64,000 nucleotides of DNA from Myxococcota bacterium (GTDB lineage Bacteria; Myxococcota_A; UBA9160; UBA4427), in NCBI GenBank assembly GCA_965250285.1, contig OZ252299.1:4384001-4448000 (forward strand). The letters run 5' to 3'. Made by a program: the position numbers and the translations under genes. Shown one piece after another: positions 39,445 through 49,184 of the stretch; the first letter of the stretch is position 1; each line of letters begins with the position of its first letter. The notes below the pieces were generated by a model that saw only the letters and a program-made list of their open reading frames with translations, had not been told where the DNA came from and searched no databases.

Positions 39445-39792
39445 TCAGGCGCCGGCGCTCACCGCACCGTGATGATCACAGTGGCCGCCGTGAGGATGGT
39501 GCAGGTGGCCGTCGACGAGGTAGTCGATGTGATCGCCGTGCGGGACGGCCTCGTGGCCGCAGCCGGGGCCATGCGTGTGCGCCCCGTCGTGACCTGCGCA
39601 GGTGTGATCGGGCGTGCAGTCGGCCGGATTGTCGGCGCTCACCGAGAGCGAGTGCTCGTCGACATGACCGTCGTGCGGATGATGCAGGTGGCCGTCATGC
39701 AGATAGTCGACGTGGCCATCGTGCTGCACCGTCGTGTGGCCGCAGTCGGGGCCGTGGGTGTGCGGATGGTTGGCGTGCTGCTGGCATCGCAT
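39445..39792 (-). CDS. Small His-rich putative metal-binding protein
   Basis: 115 aa with about 28 His; two copies of HTHGPxCGHxxVxHxxHxDYLxDGHLHHPH; GAGGAG RBS. Confidence 0.85.
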   Translation of the reverse strand: MRCQQHANHPHTHGPDCGHTTVQHDGHVDYLHDGHLHHPHDGHVDEHSLSVSADNPADCTPDHTCAGHDGAHTHGPGCGHEAVPHGDHIDYLVDGHLHHPHGGHCDHHGAVSAGA

Positions 39793-40062
39793 GAGCGGGT
39801 CTCCTCGATCGAATTCCGGGGACGCAGTGACCAGTGTAGCGTCGTCTCCGGCATCGACGCGCCCCGATCCACCGCGTACGACTCGTTCTCGACCGAACGC
39901 GACCGTGTGTTGAGTGGGGCCCGACACGCTCAGGCGAGCCTCGGCCGCCCGTGGCGTTGAAACGCACACACCCTAGTATCTGAATACGCGTTCGGTCCCA
40001 TCGACCGCCGCGCGACCGAGTGCCGGGACGCCGGTCGCCCTGCCCCTTCGAGGAGAGGTCGC

Positions 40063-41187
40063 ATGTCACGCGTCGAAGAGACGATCCCCGCGGCGTTGCA
40101 GCCCGCGGTCGATGCATCACTGGCCTGGTTCAACGCGCAAGAGAGTGAGCGCTTCGAGGTGACCGGCATCGTCGACGCCGCCGATGCGGGCGAAGTCTCG
40201 GGCGAGCAGCGGCTGCGTTTGATCCTCTGCGGAGGCGATCGCTGTGAGCAGCGCTCGTTTCGCGCGGTGCCCGAAGGCGACGCCTTCGCAATCTCGTTCC
40301 TCGACGAGCCGGCGCCGGGTGCAGACGCGCCCGAACCGCGGCTCGACCCGCCGCCCGGTGCCCGCCGCGGTTGGCTCGATGGCGTGCTCGGCCGACACGC
40401 ATTCACCGTGCTCGTCTTCTACCGGGGCTTCTGGTGACCGCCCTGTCGCTCCGAGTTGCGGGGCTACGTGAAGGCAGGGGTCGCCGATCGGGTTCGAGCG
40501 GCCGGCGGCGAGATCTACGCGATCTCGAGTGAGCCACAGTCGCTCTCTGGCCGCGCCGCCACCGAGTGGGGGCTCGACTTCGAGTGCGTCGGCGATCCGC
40601 ACCACGAGATCGCCGACGCGTGCCGCGAGCGCGGCCTCGTCGATCTGTTCGTGAACCAGGAGACCGAGTTTCTCGAACGCAGCGTCGCCGCCGGCGGGGC
40701 CGACTTTGCGCCCACGCATCCGAAGGGCTTCTTCCAGCCGGGCGTGCTCGTGCTGCGAAGCGATGGACGGGTGCTGTATCGGTGGCGCGGTGTTCCGACG
40801 CACAACAACATGGGCGGGGCCACCGAGCGCCCGACGGCCGAGTATGTCTGGTCGAACGTCGAAGCGGCCCTGGCGCAGGGCGAGGCGGTTGCCGACGCCG
40901 ATCTCGACACCGAGCCGCAGCTCGATTCGCGCGGCCTTCCGTGGATCGTGTTCTCGAGCCTGTTGATCGCCAACGGCTGGTTCCTCCGCGGGCGGGGCTT
41001 TCGCGGCCCTCAGCAGATCATGCAGGCCGGCCTTCGGCTCGTTGGCTTCGTCGCAGCGTGGCTCGCTGCCTTCATCTGGCTCCCGACCCTGCCGGTCGCG
41101 GTCGCACTGGCGGGCTGGGTCGTCTACATCACGCCGAAGGTGCGCTGGCTCGGGCGCCAGTTTCAGGACGTGCGCGGATCGCTCTGA
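40063..41187 (+). CDS. Putative selenocysteine-containing AhpC/TSA (peroxiredoxin-like) membrane protein
   Basis: In-frame TGA at 40435-40437 in FYRGFW-U-PPC; frame continues into ORF 40456-41187; SECIS-like hairpin downstream. Confidence 0.8.
40444..40468 (+). promoter_or_regulatory. Candidate bacterial SECIS element
   Basis: Stem GCTCCG/CGGGGC (40448-40464) starting 11 nt after the UGA; loop AGTTG contains GU. Confidence 0.55.
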
Positions 41188-41404
41188 CGGCGCCGATGCG
41201 GCGCGGCCCGAAACCCGGACAGAACGTCGCCCGGCTCTCAATGGCCACCCGCGTTCCCGCACACTTCGCGGCGATCCCGTCCAGATTCTGATTCGCGACC
41301 TCTCGGGCGATCCCGGTGTCCAAGAGACACCCCCGCGCCTGGAGAACACCGTGCCGGATCGACCGTGCCATCCTCTGCGCCGCCGCAGCTCGAGCCGTGG
41401 CTCG

Positions 41405-42628
41405 ATGCTCCTCCCCTTCTCGATCGCGCTGATCGCGCTCGCGCTCGGCGCCTGCGCTTCGAAGCCACCCCCGCGCGAGTACGTGTTCGGATGGCCGGAC
41501 TTCCCGCACGCCGACGTCACGCCGCGCGGCGGCACGAGCCTGGGCGCCCCCGTCACGCTGCGCACCGAGCCCACGAAAGCGTGGCTGGCGCTGCAGGCGA
41601 AGGATCTCTCGCCCGAAGAACGCGATCAGGCCGCGATTCGCGCGCTCGCCGGCGACTACCGCGTCTCGTTCGACTTTCTCGAGACGGTGATCTTCGACGA
41701 CAATCTCGAGCCAGACCAGCCCTATCGGTCGTGGGGCACCGAGAAGGTCTACGTGCTCGAAGACCGACCGGGCTTCATCTCGCTGCAGCACGTGATGGTG
41801 ATGTTCATGATCGACGACGACGACAACGTCGTTGGTCCGTTCGTGCAAAAGCACTGGCGGCAGGATTGGCAGTACGAGCCCGAACGCATGCACGTCTACG
41901 AAGGGTTCGATCAGTGGACGTGGCGTGCCGTGCCCGAGGCGAATCGCCGCGGCGCCTGGAGCCAGACCGTCTATCAGGTCGACGATGCGCCCCGCTACAC
42001 GCTGCTCGGGCGCTGGACCCACGCCCCCGACTTCTCGACCTGGCAGAGCGAAGACGATTGGCGTCCGCTGCCGCGGCGCGAGTCGACCGTGCGCGACGAC
42101 TATCAGGTGCTCGCCGGCCCCAATCGCATCACCGTGCTGCCGACGGGATGGATCCACGAGCAGGACAATCTGAAGCGGGTCATCGAAGCCCCGGGTGACG
42201 ACGCGGGCCCGGTCATCGCACGCGCGAGAGAGATCGGGCTGGCTCGATACGAGGAGCTCGACGACTTCGACTTCGAGGCGGGCGATGCGTACTGGGAGCG
42301 CACGGGCGACGCGTGGGCCGAGGTCCGCGCCGGATGGCAGGCCCGCATCGATGCGTCGCCGACCCACACGATCGCGGCCAACTGCCAGGAGACACCGGTC
42401 TTCGTCTCGCTCTTTCTGCTGACCGACCCCGAGATGCGAGCCGCGCACGAGGCGGCGATGGCCGAGGCAGCCGCCGCCGAGGGCGACGAGGCCGCGACCG
42501 AACCGAGCGAGCCACCCGACTTCGACGACGCATTGGCCGAAGTGCTCGACTGCGTCGTGAAGCCGGTGGCCGGCTCGGCCGGTGATCAGCCGAGCGTGCC
42601 TACTTCCACTCGCCCGAGTCGGTATTGA
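41405..42628 (+). CDS. DUF6607-like lipoprotein
   Basis: Lipobox LGAC; YRVSFDFLET, ISLQHV, KHWRQDWQYEP, QVDDAPRY, WRPLPRRE, GWIHEQDN. Confidence 0.72.
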   Translation: MLLPFSIALIALALGACASKPPPREYVFGWPDFPHADVTPRGGTSLGAPVTLRTEPTKAWLALQAKDLSPEERDQAAIRALAGDYRVSFDFLETVIFDDNLEPDQPYRSWGTEKVYVLEDRPGFISLQHVMVMFMIDDDDNVVGPFVQKHWRQDWQYEPERMHVYEGFDQWTWRAVPEANRRGAWSQTVYQVDDAPRYTLLGRWTHAPDFSTWQSEDDWRPLPRRESTVRDDYQVLAGPNRITVLPTGWIHEQDNLKRVIEAPGDDAGPVIARAREIGLARYEELDDFDFEAGDAYWERTGDAWAEVRAGWQARIDASPTHTIAANCQETPVFVSLFLLTDPEMRAAHEAAMAEAAAAEGDEAATEPSEPPDFDDALAEVLDCVVKPVAGSAGDQPSVPTSTRPSRY

Positions 42629-43424
42629 GGCTGAGCACCTTGGTGGTGCCCATCGGGCTCAGCGCCACGGCGTAGTAGCGGCCCTCGTTGTGCAGGTAGA
42701 ACGTGCCTGCACCGCTGCCCATGTCGCCGAGGTTGCACGCGGCGTCGAACGAGACGGGCATGCCCTCGGGCCGGAACATCACCCAGCTCGACGGATTGCC
42801 CGACGGGTCGCTGAAGCTCGAGCCGTTCGAGGTGCTGCCGGTGATCGAAGGATCGGGAGCGGGTGCGGCAACGAGCCCGCCGCCGCCGTCATCGCTGTCG
42901 TCGTCATCGTCGTCGCCACTCACGCCGCCGAGCGGCGCGCCTGCGACACCGCCCTGCGCGGCGCCGGGCGTCGCGCCCACCACGAGCGGGCCGAGATCGA
43001 CGAGGGGCATCGGGTAGCCGGACGGCAGGTCGGCGACCTTGTCCATCTTCGACGCCTTTTCTTCGGGCACCGTGATCATCGACTCACCCGCGTCGATGCG
43101 GCAGTTCTGGTCGGCCGAGCCGGGCGCACCGTCGTTCACGATGGCGATCGAGACAGGATCGCCATTGGCATCGACCAACGGATTGCCCTCGGCGTCCTGG
43201 AACACGAAGAGGAGCTGCACGTCGCCGGTGCGGATCGCCTCGCCGCGCGCCATCTCCATCGCGCCGTCGAGCGCGAGCGCGGTGTCGCGCAGCTCGCCCG
43301 CCTCGCGTGCACTGTTGAGCCGCGGAACGGCGATCACCACCGCGACGGCCAGAACGGCCATCGTGATGCCGACCTCGGTGAGGGAGTAACCGACGCGACG
43401 CCGGTCGAATCGTGAAATGGACAT
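42600..43424 (-). CDS. GspH/FimT-like prepilin (N-methylation domain)
   Basis: RRRVG|YSLTEVGITMAVLAV, ARGEAIR, MFRPEG, ALSPMG. Confidence 0.78.
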   Translation of the reverse strand: MSISRFDRRRVGYSLTEVGITMAVLAVAVVIAVPRLNSAREAGELRDTALALDGAMEMARGEAIRTGDVQLLFVFQDAEGNPLVDANGDPVSIAIVNDGAPGSADQNCRIDAGESMITVPEEKASKMDKVADLPSGYPMPLVDLGPLVVGATPGAAQGGVAGAPLGGVSGDDDDDDSDDGGGGLVAAPAPDPSITGSTSNGSSFSDPSGNPSSWVMFRPEGMPVSFDAACNLGDMGSGAGTFYLHNEGRYYAVALSPMGTTKVLSLNTDSGEWK

Positions 43425-43805
43425 ATCGAGACACCTCATGGACCGCGAACCGACAGGCGGGTCGTGATCGGTTGCAACTCCTCGGCGCCGAGCGCTCCCC
43501 TCGACTGGCTCGGTGCGCGCGACTTTGCGCTCGCCCAGGAGTTCGTGCCCTCAGAGCGTGAGCAGGGACACAGAAACTCGTTTTTTCGTATCGGCTCACC
43601 GGGCGGGATCCTGAGGATTCTTGAGGCCTTTCTGCCCCGACACTCTATGGTGACGTTTCGCCCGAACTCGAAATCGAATGGCCTAGACAGCGATTGAGCG
43701 AGCAGCTGCGGGCGCATGCGCGCGCAACGCGGGCGCAGCTCGACTCGCCGCGCCATGCCACGCCGTGCGCACGCTGGAGCATTCCAGCTCAGGCGGAGTG
43801 GCCGC

Positions 43806-46220
43806 TCAGAGTCCCTCGGGCCGCGTGCCGATGACGCCCATCTCTTCGAGCTCGGCCAGGCGCTCGTCCGACACACCGAGCAGGCCGCCGAGCACGCGCT
43901 CGTTGTGCTGGCCCAGTGACGGGGCCGGCGTGCGGATCCAGTGTTCGATGTCGGCGTAGCGGCACGGCAGAGAAGGCAGGGGCATCGGCCCGACGACCGG
44001 GTGGTCGGGCGTCTCGAAGTAGCGCCGGGCCACGAGCTGCGGGTTCGTCTCGAGGAGTCGGCACGGGTTGGCCACCGCCGAGGCGGTGATGCCCGCCGCG
44101 CGCAGGGTTTCGACGAGCGCCTCGCGATCCTGGCGGGCGCACCAAGCGATGAGGTGACGATCGATCTCGTCGTGTGCAGCGCGCCGACCGTCGAGCGTGT
44201 CGAGCCCGGGATCCATCGCCCAAGCAGGCTCACCCAGCAGCGCGCGCAGGGCCCGCCACTGCGCATCGGTCGCGACCGACAGCGCAAGCCGCTCGACGAC
44301 GAGGGGCTCCTTCTCGGCGCACGCGTACAGCCCCTGCGGTGCCGCGAGGCCCGACCGGTTGCCGTCTCGCTGCATCAGTCGCCTGTGCGCGCTCCACTCG
44401 ACGACCTGCTCGGCCGCCACATTGAGCGCGCTCTCGACCATCGTGCTCTCGACATGATGCCCGGTGCCTTCGGCGCGCGCCGAACAGAGCGCGACCAGAA
44501 AGGCGACCGTCGCATGCATCCCTGCGATCGGATCACACGGGCCACGCGGGATCCGCGGCTGATCGTCGGCATGGCCAGTCACCCAGGCCATGCCCGACAT
44601 CTGCTCCATCGTCTGGGCGAAGCCCGTGTGGTCGCGCCACGGACCCGACAGACCGAAAGCGGGCATGCGCATCATCACGGCCTTCGGATTGATCTCGCGC
44701 ACGCGGTCCCAGGTGAGGCCGAAGTTCTCGATGACCCGCGGCGTAAAGTTCTCGACGACCGCATCACATTCGCCCACCAGCTGCTCGAGCAGCTCGAGCC
44801 CTTCCTTCGTGGTCAGATCGAGCGTGATGTCGAGCTTGTTCGTGTTGGCCTGCAGGAAGTGCGGGCCGGCGTCCCACCACTGCGGATAGTGCGACGCCAT
44901 CATGCCGCCGATCATGCGCAGGCCGTCGGGTCGGCTGATCGACTCGACGCGGATCACCTCGGCGCCGAACGTGGCCAGCACGTGGGTCGCAAACGGGCCG
45001 GCCCACCACGCCGTGAGGTCGAGGATGCGAAGCCCCTCGAGCGGCAGCCGCCCCTCCCCGCCGAGACCCCGCAGCGCATCGACCCGAGGCGACGTGAATG
45101 CGATGGGCGCGGGCTCGGCCTCGAGCGCCGGGGCGGGCCTGGGCTTTGGCGGCTCGACGCCGTCGATGCAATAGGGCCGCCGGGGCTGCACGAAGCGTCC
45201 TGCTGCGTCGGGCACGAAGACGCCCCGATCGACGAGCTGCTCGTGCTGCTGCACCGTCTCACCGTTGCACACGGGCGCGACCGGAATGCGCAGGAGTGAC
45301 GCCAGCTCGATCACCTCGGCGATCGTCTTGTCGCGAAGCCAGGCGCCCATGATCTCGGTCCACTCTTCGAAGCGCATCAAGCGACCGGCGAACTGCGCGA
45401 GCTGCTCGTCTTCCTGCAGATCGGTGCGTTCGATCATGAGCAGGAAGTCGGAGAACTGCTGCCGCGAGTTGGTGCAGAAGCCGACGTAGCCGTCGGCGGT
45501 GGGCTCGATCGAAGGCGTCTCGACGGTCGGCGCGAGGAAGGCGTGCTCGGGATCGGCGGTGCTGCCGTTCATCAGCCGGTTCATGGTCTCGGAGAAGTTG
45601 GTGAAGATGAGGTTCGAGGTTTCGAGCATCGAGACATCGACGTGCTCTCCCTTCCCCGTCGCCCGAGCCTGCAGCACCGCGGGCAGCGCGGCGACGGCCG
45701 CGAACGCGCCCGCGGCCCACTCACCGATGCGTCCACCCGCCTGGAAGGGCTCGCCTCCCATCAGCCCGCGCATGCCGATCGAACCGCTCTCGGCCTGCAA
45801 CGTGAACTCGGTCGCGCTGCGATCCTTCCATGGGCCAGTGAGGCCGTAGGGCGTGATCGACACGATGACGAGCGAAGGATGCTGCGCGCGCAGCGCCGCG
45901 ACGTCGAGGCGCTCGCCGGCGTCGCCCTCGAGGCCGTGGGCTTCGATCAGCAGATCGGCCTCGGCGATGAGGGCCCCGACGCGAGGGTCGCTCGTGGTGC
46001 CGACGACCGAGCGCTTGCCCGCGTGGAGATAGTCGAAGAGCGCCGCCGGCTCGGTGCCCGGCTTTCCAAGCTCGGTCGAGCGCCTGCGCAGCGGGTCGCC
46101 CCCCTGCGGCTCGACCTTGATGACCTCGGCCCCGCCGTCGACGAGCAGCTTCGAGCAATACCCGCCGGCGATCTGCGTAGATAGATCGAGCACGCGGAGA
46201 CCCGCGAAACCCTGCGACAT
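43806..46220 (-). CDS. Fused double-domain CaiB/BaiF CoA-transferase
   Basis: Two copies of GLR[VI]LDL...GAEVI[KR]VE; VENFTP; APSLGQHN. Confidence 0.9.
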   Translation of the reverse strand: MSQGFAGLRVLDLSTQIAGGYCSKLLVDGGAEVIKVEPQGGDPLRRRSTELGKPGTEPAALFDYLHAGKRSVVGTTSDPRVGALIAEADLLIEAHGLEGDAGERLDVAALRAQHPSLVIVSITPYGLTGPWKDRSATEFTLQAESGSIGMRGLMGGEPFQAGGRIGEWAAGAFAAVAALPAVLQARATGKGEHVDVSMLETSNLIFTNFSETMNRLMNGSTADPEHAFLAPTVETPSIEPTADGYVGFCTNSRQQFSDFLLMIERTDLQEDEQLAQFAGRLMRFEEWTEIMGAWLRDKTIAEVIELASLLRIPVAPVCNGETVQQHEQLVDRGVFVPDAAGRFVQPRRPYCIDGVEPPKPRPAPALEAEPAPIAFTSPRVDALRGLGGEGRLPLEGLRILDLTAWWAGPFATHVLATFGAEVIRVESISRPDGLRMIGGMMASHYPQWWDAGPHFLQANTNKLDITLDLTTKEGLELLEQLVGECDAVVENFTPRVIENFGLTWDRVREINPKAVMMRMPAFGLSGPWRDHTGFAQTMEQMSGMAWVTGHADDQPRIPRGPCDPIAGMHATVAFLVALCSARAEGTGHHVESTMVESALNVAAEQVVEWSAHRRLMQRDGNRSGLAAPQGLYACAEKEPLVVERLALSVATDAQWRALRALLGEPAWAMDPGLDTLDGRRAAHDEIDRHLIAWCARQDREALVETLRAAGITASAVANPCRLLETNPQLVARRYFETPDHPVVGPMPLPSLPCRYADIEHWIRTPAPSLGQHNERVLGGLLGVSDERLAELEEMGVIGTRPEGL

Positions 46221-46314
46221 GGAGGCGCACTCCTCTGGCTGCGGCGCCGCGCCCCGCTCGATCGGCCGGACCCACACCCGCCTCGGGAGACTCGCTCAGC
46301 CGACGCGCTGAATC

Positions 46315-46343
46315 TTGCCAAAAACTGAAAATTGGTTCAAGAT
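46315..46343 (+). promoter_or_regulatory. Candidate leaderless promoter with overlapping TetR operator
   Basis: TTGCCA-N17-CAAGAT, 6 nt before ATG 46350; palindrome TGAA-N6-TTCA at 46326-46339. Confidence 0.5.
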
Positions 46344-46349
46344 TCAATC

Positions 46350-46997
46350 ATGCCGACGAACCCGAACCCGCCGCGTCCCGAAGCCGCCTCGCCCCGGGCG
46401 CCCTATGCGAAATCTCGCGACACCCGGGCCCGGATCCTCACGGCGGCGCTCGCCGAGGCCAGCGAGTCGGGTTTTCACAAGACCTCGGTCGCGCGGATTG
46501 CCGCCCGCGCGGGCGTGGCCGTCGGCAACCTCCACTACCACTTCGGGTCGCGCGAGGGCCTGCTGCGTGAGCTGATGGGCTCGCTCGTCGCCGACCTGCT
46601 GTCGCGCCTGCACGAAGTGGAGGCCAGCGACGAGGCCGACTTCTTCGAGCGCCAGCGGGCGAACCTGCTCGCCTATCTCGACTACCTGCGCGCCAACCCG
46701 GCCCACATCCGGCTCGCCGACGAGATCAAGCTCCACGCGCCCGAGCTCTATCGACGTGCCGTGTCGAGCTGGGTGGAGCGACTCGAGGTGCGTATCCGCG
46801 ATGGCATCGACCGCGGCGCGCTGCGCCCGATGAGCGAGGCCGAGGTCACGGCCCAGGCGCACTTCCTGCTGGGTGCTCGGCAGTTTCTCGAGCAGATGAT
46901 CGAGACCGAGCCCGGCGGCGCCGGGCTCGGCGACGAAGCGGTCGTCGACGCCTACCTGACGCTCATCCGCGATGGATTGATTCGACGCGACGCCTGA
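46350..46997 (+). CDS. TetR/AcrR family transcriptional regulator
   Basis: IAARAGVAVGNLHYHFGSREGL HTH. Confidence 0.9.
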   Translation: MPTNPNPPRPEAASPRAPYAKSRDTRARILTAALAEASESGFHKTSVARIAARAGVAVGNLHYHFGSREGLLRELMGSLVADLLSRLHEVEASDEADFFERQRANLLAYLDYLRANPAHIRLADEIKLHAPELYRRAVSSWVERLEVRIRDGIDRGALRPMSEAEVTAQAHFLLGARQFLEQMIETEPGGAGLGDEAVVDAYLTLIRDGLIRRDA

Positions 46998-47068
46998 GGC
47001 GGATCGTCGGCGAAACCGAAGCCGCTCACTCACCCACGCGCGAAACGCGACGCGAAGAGAGACCCACG

Positions 47069-48313
47069 TTGGAAACCGCCGACTTCGACCTCGCCGACCT
47101 CGAGCTGACCCACAACGGCTTCCCCCACGCCCTCTTTGCGCGCATGCGGCGCGAGACGCCCATCGTCTGGCATCCGAACACCGGCGCCTACTTCAACGAA
47201 GACGACGCCGGCTTCTGGATCCTGTCGAAGTACGAGGACGTCCAACGCGCGAACCGTGACCCCGAGCTCTTCAGCGCGGTCGACGGGCCGCAGCTCGCCG
47301 ACAGTCCCGAGATCGCCGGGGCCATGATGGTGTCGATGGATGGCCCTGCGCATCGTCGCCAGCGCAAGCTCATCAGCGCCGGTTTCACACCGCGCATGGT
47401 CGGACGCCTCGAGGAGCAGGCGCGCGGCTGGGCAATCGAGATCATCGAACGGGCCCTCGAGCGCGGCACCTGCAACTTCGTGCACGACATCGCCTATCAG
47501 CTGCCGATGCACATGATCGCCGACATCATCGGCATCCCCGTCGCAGACCGGGCCCAGCTCTTCGACCTGACGATGGAGTTCCTGTTCGCGGGCGACGTCT
47601 CGGACGACGAGAACCCCGGGCGCCACACTGAGGTGCGGGTCGAGCTGTTCCAGTACGCGCACGAGCTCGGGCAGGCGAAGCGAAAGAAGCCGCAGGACGA
47701 CATCTGGACCATCCTCTCGAACGTCGAGGTCGAGACCGACGAGGGCGAGCGCTCGAAGCTCAGCCAGATCGAGCTCGACATGTTCTTTCTGCTGCTCACG
47801 CTGGCCGGCAGCGAGACGACGCGCAACGCCATCTCGGCCGGCCTGCTCGCGCTGCTCGCTCACCCCGACCAGCTCGACCTGCTGCGCACCCATCCCGAGA
47901 TTCGGCCGACTGCGGTCGAAGAGATCCTCCGCTGGTCCTCGCCCGTCTCGTACTTCGCGCGGCGCGCGACCCGCGACACCGAGATCCGCGGCCAACAGAT
48001 CGCGAAGGGCGACCGCATCACGCTCTGGTACCCGTCGGCGAACCGCGATGCCGATGCCTTCGACGAGCCCGATCGCTTCGACATCACGCGCAAGCCGAAC
48101 CATCACGTGGCCTTCGGCGGCGGCGGCGCGCACTTCTGTCTCGGGGCCAACCTCGCGCGGCGTGAGATCTCGATCCTGTTCGAAGAGCTGCTGGCGCGCG
48201 TGAGCGAGATCGAGCTGATCGGCGACCCGACGTATACGCCGCTCGGGCTCCACAACCCGATCCTCGTCGCGGCCACCGACATCCCCGTGCGACTCGCGCC
48301 AAGCGGCGCGTAG
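47069..48313 (+). CDS. Cytochrome P450 (CYP124/125/142-like)
   Basis: AGSETT, EEILRW (ExxR), FGGGGAHFCLG. Confidence 0.92.
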   Translation: METADFDLADLELTHNGFPHALFARMRRETPIVWHPNTGAYFNEDDAGFWILSKYEDVQRANRDPELFSAVDGPQLADSPEIAGAMMVSMDGPAHRRQRKLISAGFTPRMVGRLEEQARGWAIEIIERALERGTCNFVHDIAYQLPMHMIADIIGIPVADRAQLFDLTMEFLFAGDVSDDENPGRHTEVRVELFQYAHELGQAKRKKPQDDIWTILSNVEVETDEGERSKLSQIELDMFFLLLTLAGSETTRNAISAGLLALLAHPDQLDLLRTHPEIRPTAVEEILRWSSPVSYFARRATRDTEIRGQQIAKGDRITLWYPSANRDADAFDEPDRFDITRKPNHHVAFGGGGAHFCLGANLARREISILFEELLARVSEIELIGDPTYTPLGLHNPILVAATDIPVRLAPSGA

Positions 48314-48815
48314 ACCCCGGCGGGCTCGCCCGACCTTCTCACCTTCACTGAATCGCGATCGAACACTCGATCGATGGGCGCCCTCGCGCCGCCTCGAAGC
48401 GTGCCGTTGCGTGCTCGACCCGGCGCGGGTCGCGTCGCATTCGCGTGGAATGTGTCGCCTTCGATCGAGAAGCGTCTTTGCGTGGCGCAACGACATGGCG
48501 CCGACGAGATCGAGGTCTTCGCCATGCCAACGCGAAGCTGCATCCGGTCGTTGCTCGTGCAGCCCACGGTTGCGAATCGAGGCGGGGTTCGCGGCGCGAA
48601 CGAGTCAAACCAGGTTCAACTCGACCTCGCTCATGCGCGTGCATCGCCGCGATGCAGTGCAGCGATCTGTACACGCCAGATCGATGGGAAATCGCCGATC
48701 CCGCACCTATACAAACGCACGCGCCAGGGGGCGTCGAAGTCGCATTCCGGCGACGCGCAGCAAGGCGGCAGGGGTGTCGATTGCACGCGATCGCGCGACT
48801 TCGGAACGAACGTCA

Positions 48816-49115
48816 ATGCTGAAGGGGAACCAAGTGGAAAGCGACAAGTACTTCTCGATCTACATGTTCACGATCATCGGCGGCCTGGCTGCCGTCCTCG
48901 CCGCGTCGATCCAGGCGGGCTACACGACGCTCCCGTCGCCGCTCGTCTTCATCGAGCACGTCGCGATGAGCTTGACCGTCCGAGCCGGCTACAAGAGCCT
49001 CGGCTGGGACTGGGGCCCGTGGACGTTCGGCCTGCGCAAGCGCACCGAATCGGTGGTGGCGACCGCGGCCGAAGTGGCCGACCTCGGCAGCAACGACGAG
49101 ATCGCCGCGGCCTGA
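48816..49115 (+). CDS. Small hypothetical membrane protein
   Basis: Hydrophobic segment, coding-like codon bias; start could be GTG 48834. Confidence 0.5.
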   Translation: MLKGNQVESDKYFSIYMFTIIGGLAAVLAASIQAGYTTLPSPLVFIEHVAMSLTVRAGYKSLGWDWGPWTFGLRKRTESVVATAAEVADLGSNDEIAAA

Positions 49116-49184
49116 GCGACCGCACCGGTCTGTGCCCCCTCGGGCCGCCGCTTCGTGCGGCGATCCGAGGGCGGCCAGCGAGGC

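Noticed and set aside
39877..39891. Possible Fur/Zur-like box upstream of the His-rich gene (similar AACGAGT-containing words near 21745 and 43573)
   Set aside because: Weak palindromes with no consistent consensus; needs genome-wide motif discovery.
39409..39960. Val/Met-rich plus-strand ORF
   Set aside because: Antisense shadow of the His-rich gene.
40063..40437. Treating 40063-40437 and 40456-41187 as two genes or a pseudogene
   Set aside because: The UGA aligns with the redox Cys position and is followed by a SECIS-like hairpin; selenocysteine read-through is more parsimonious.
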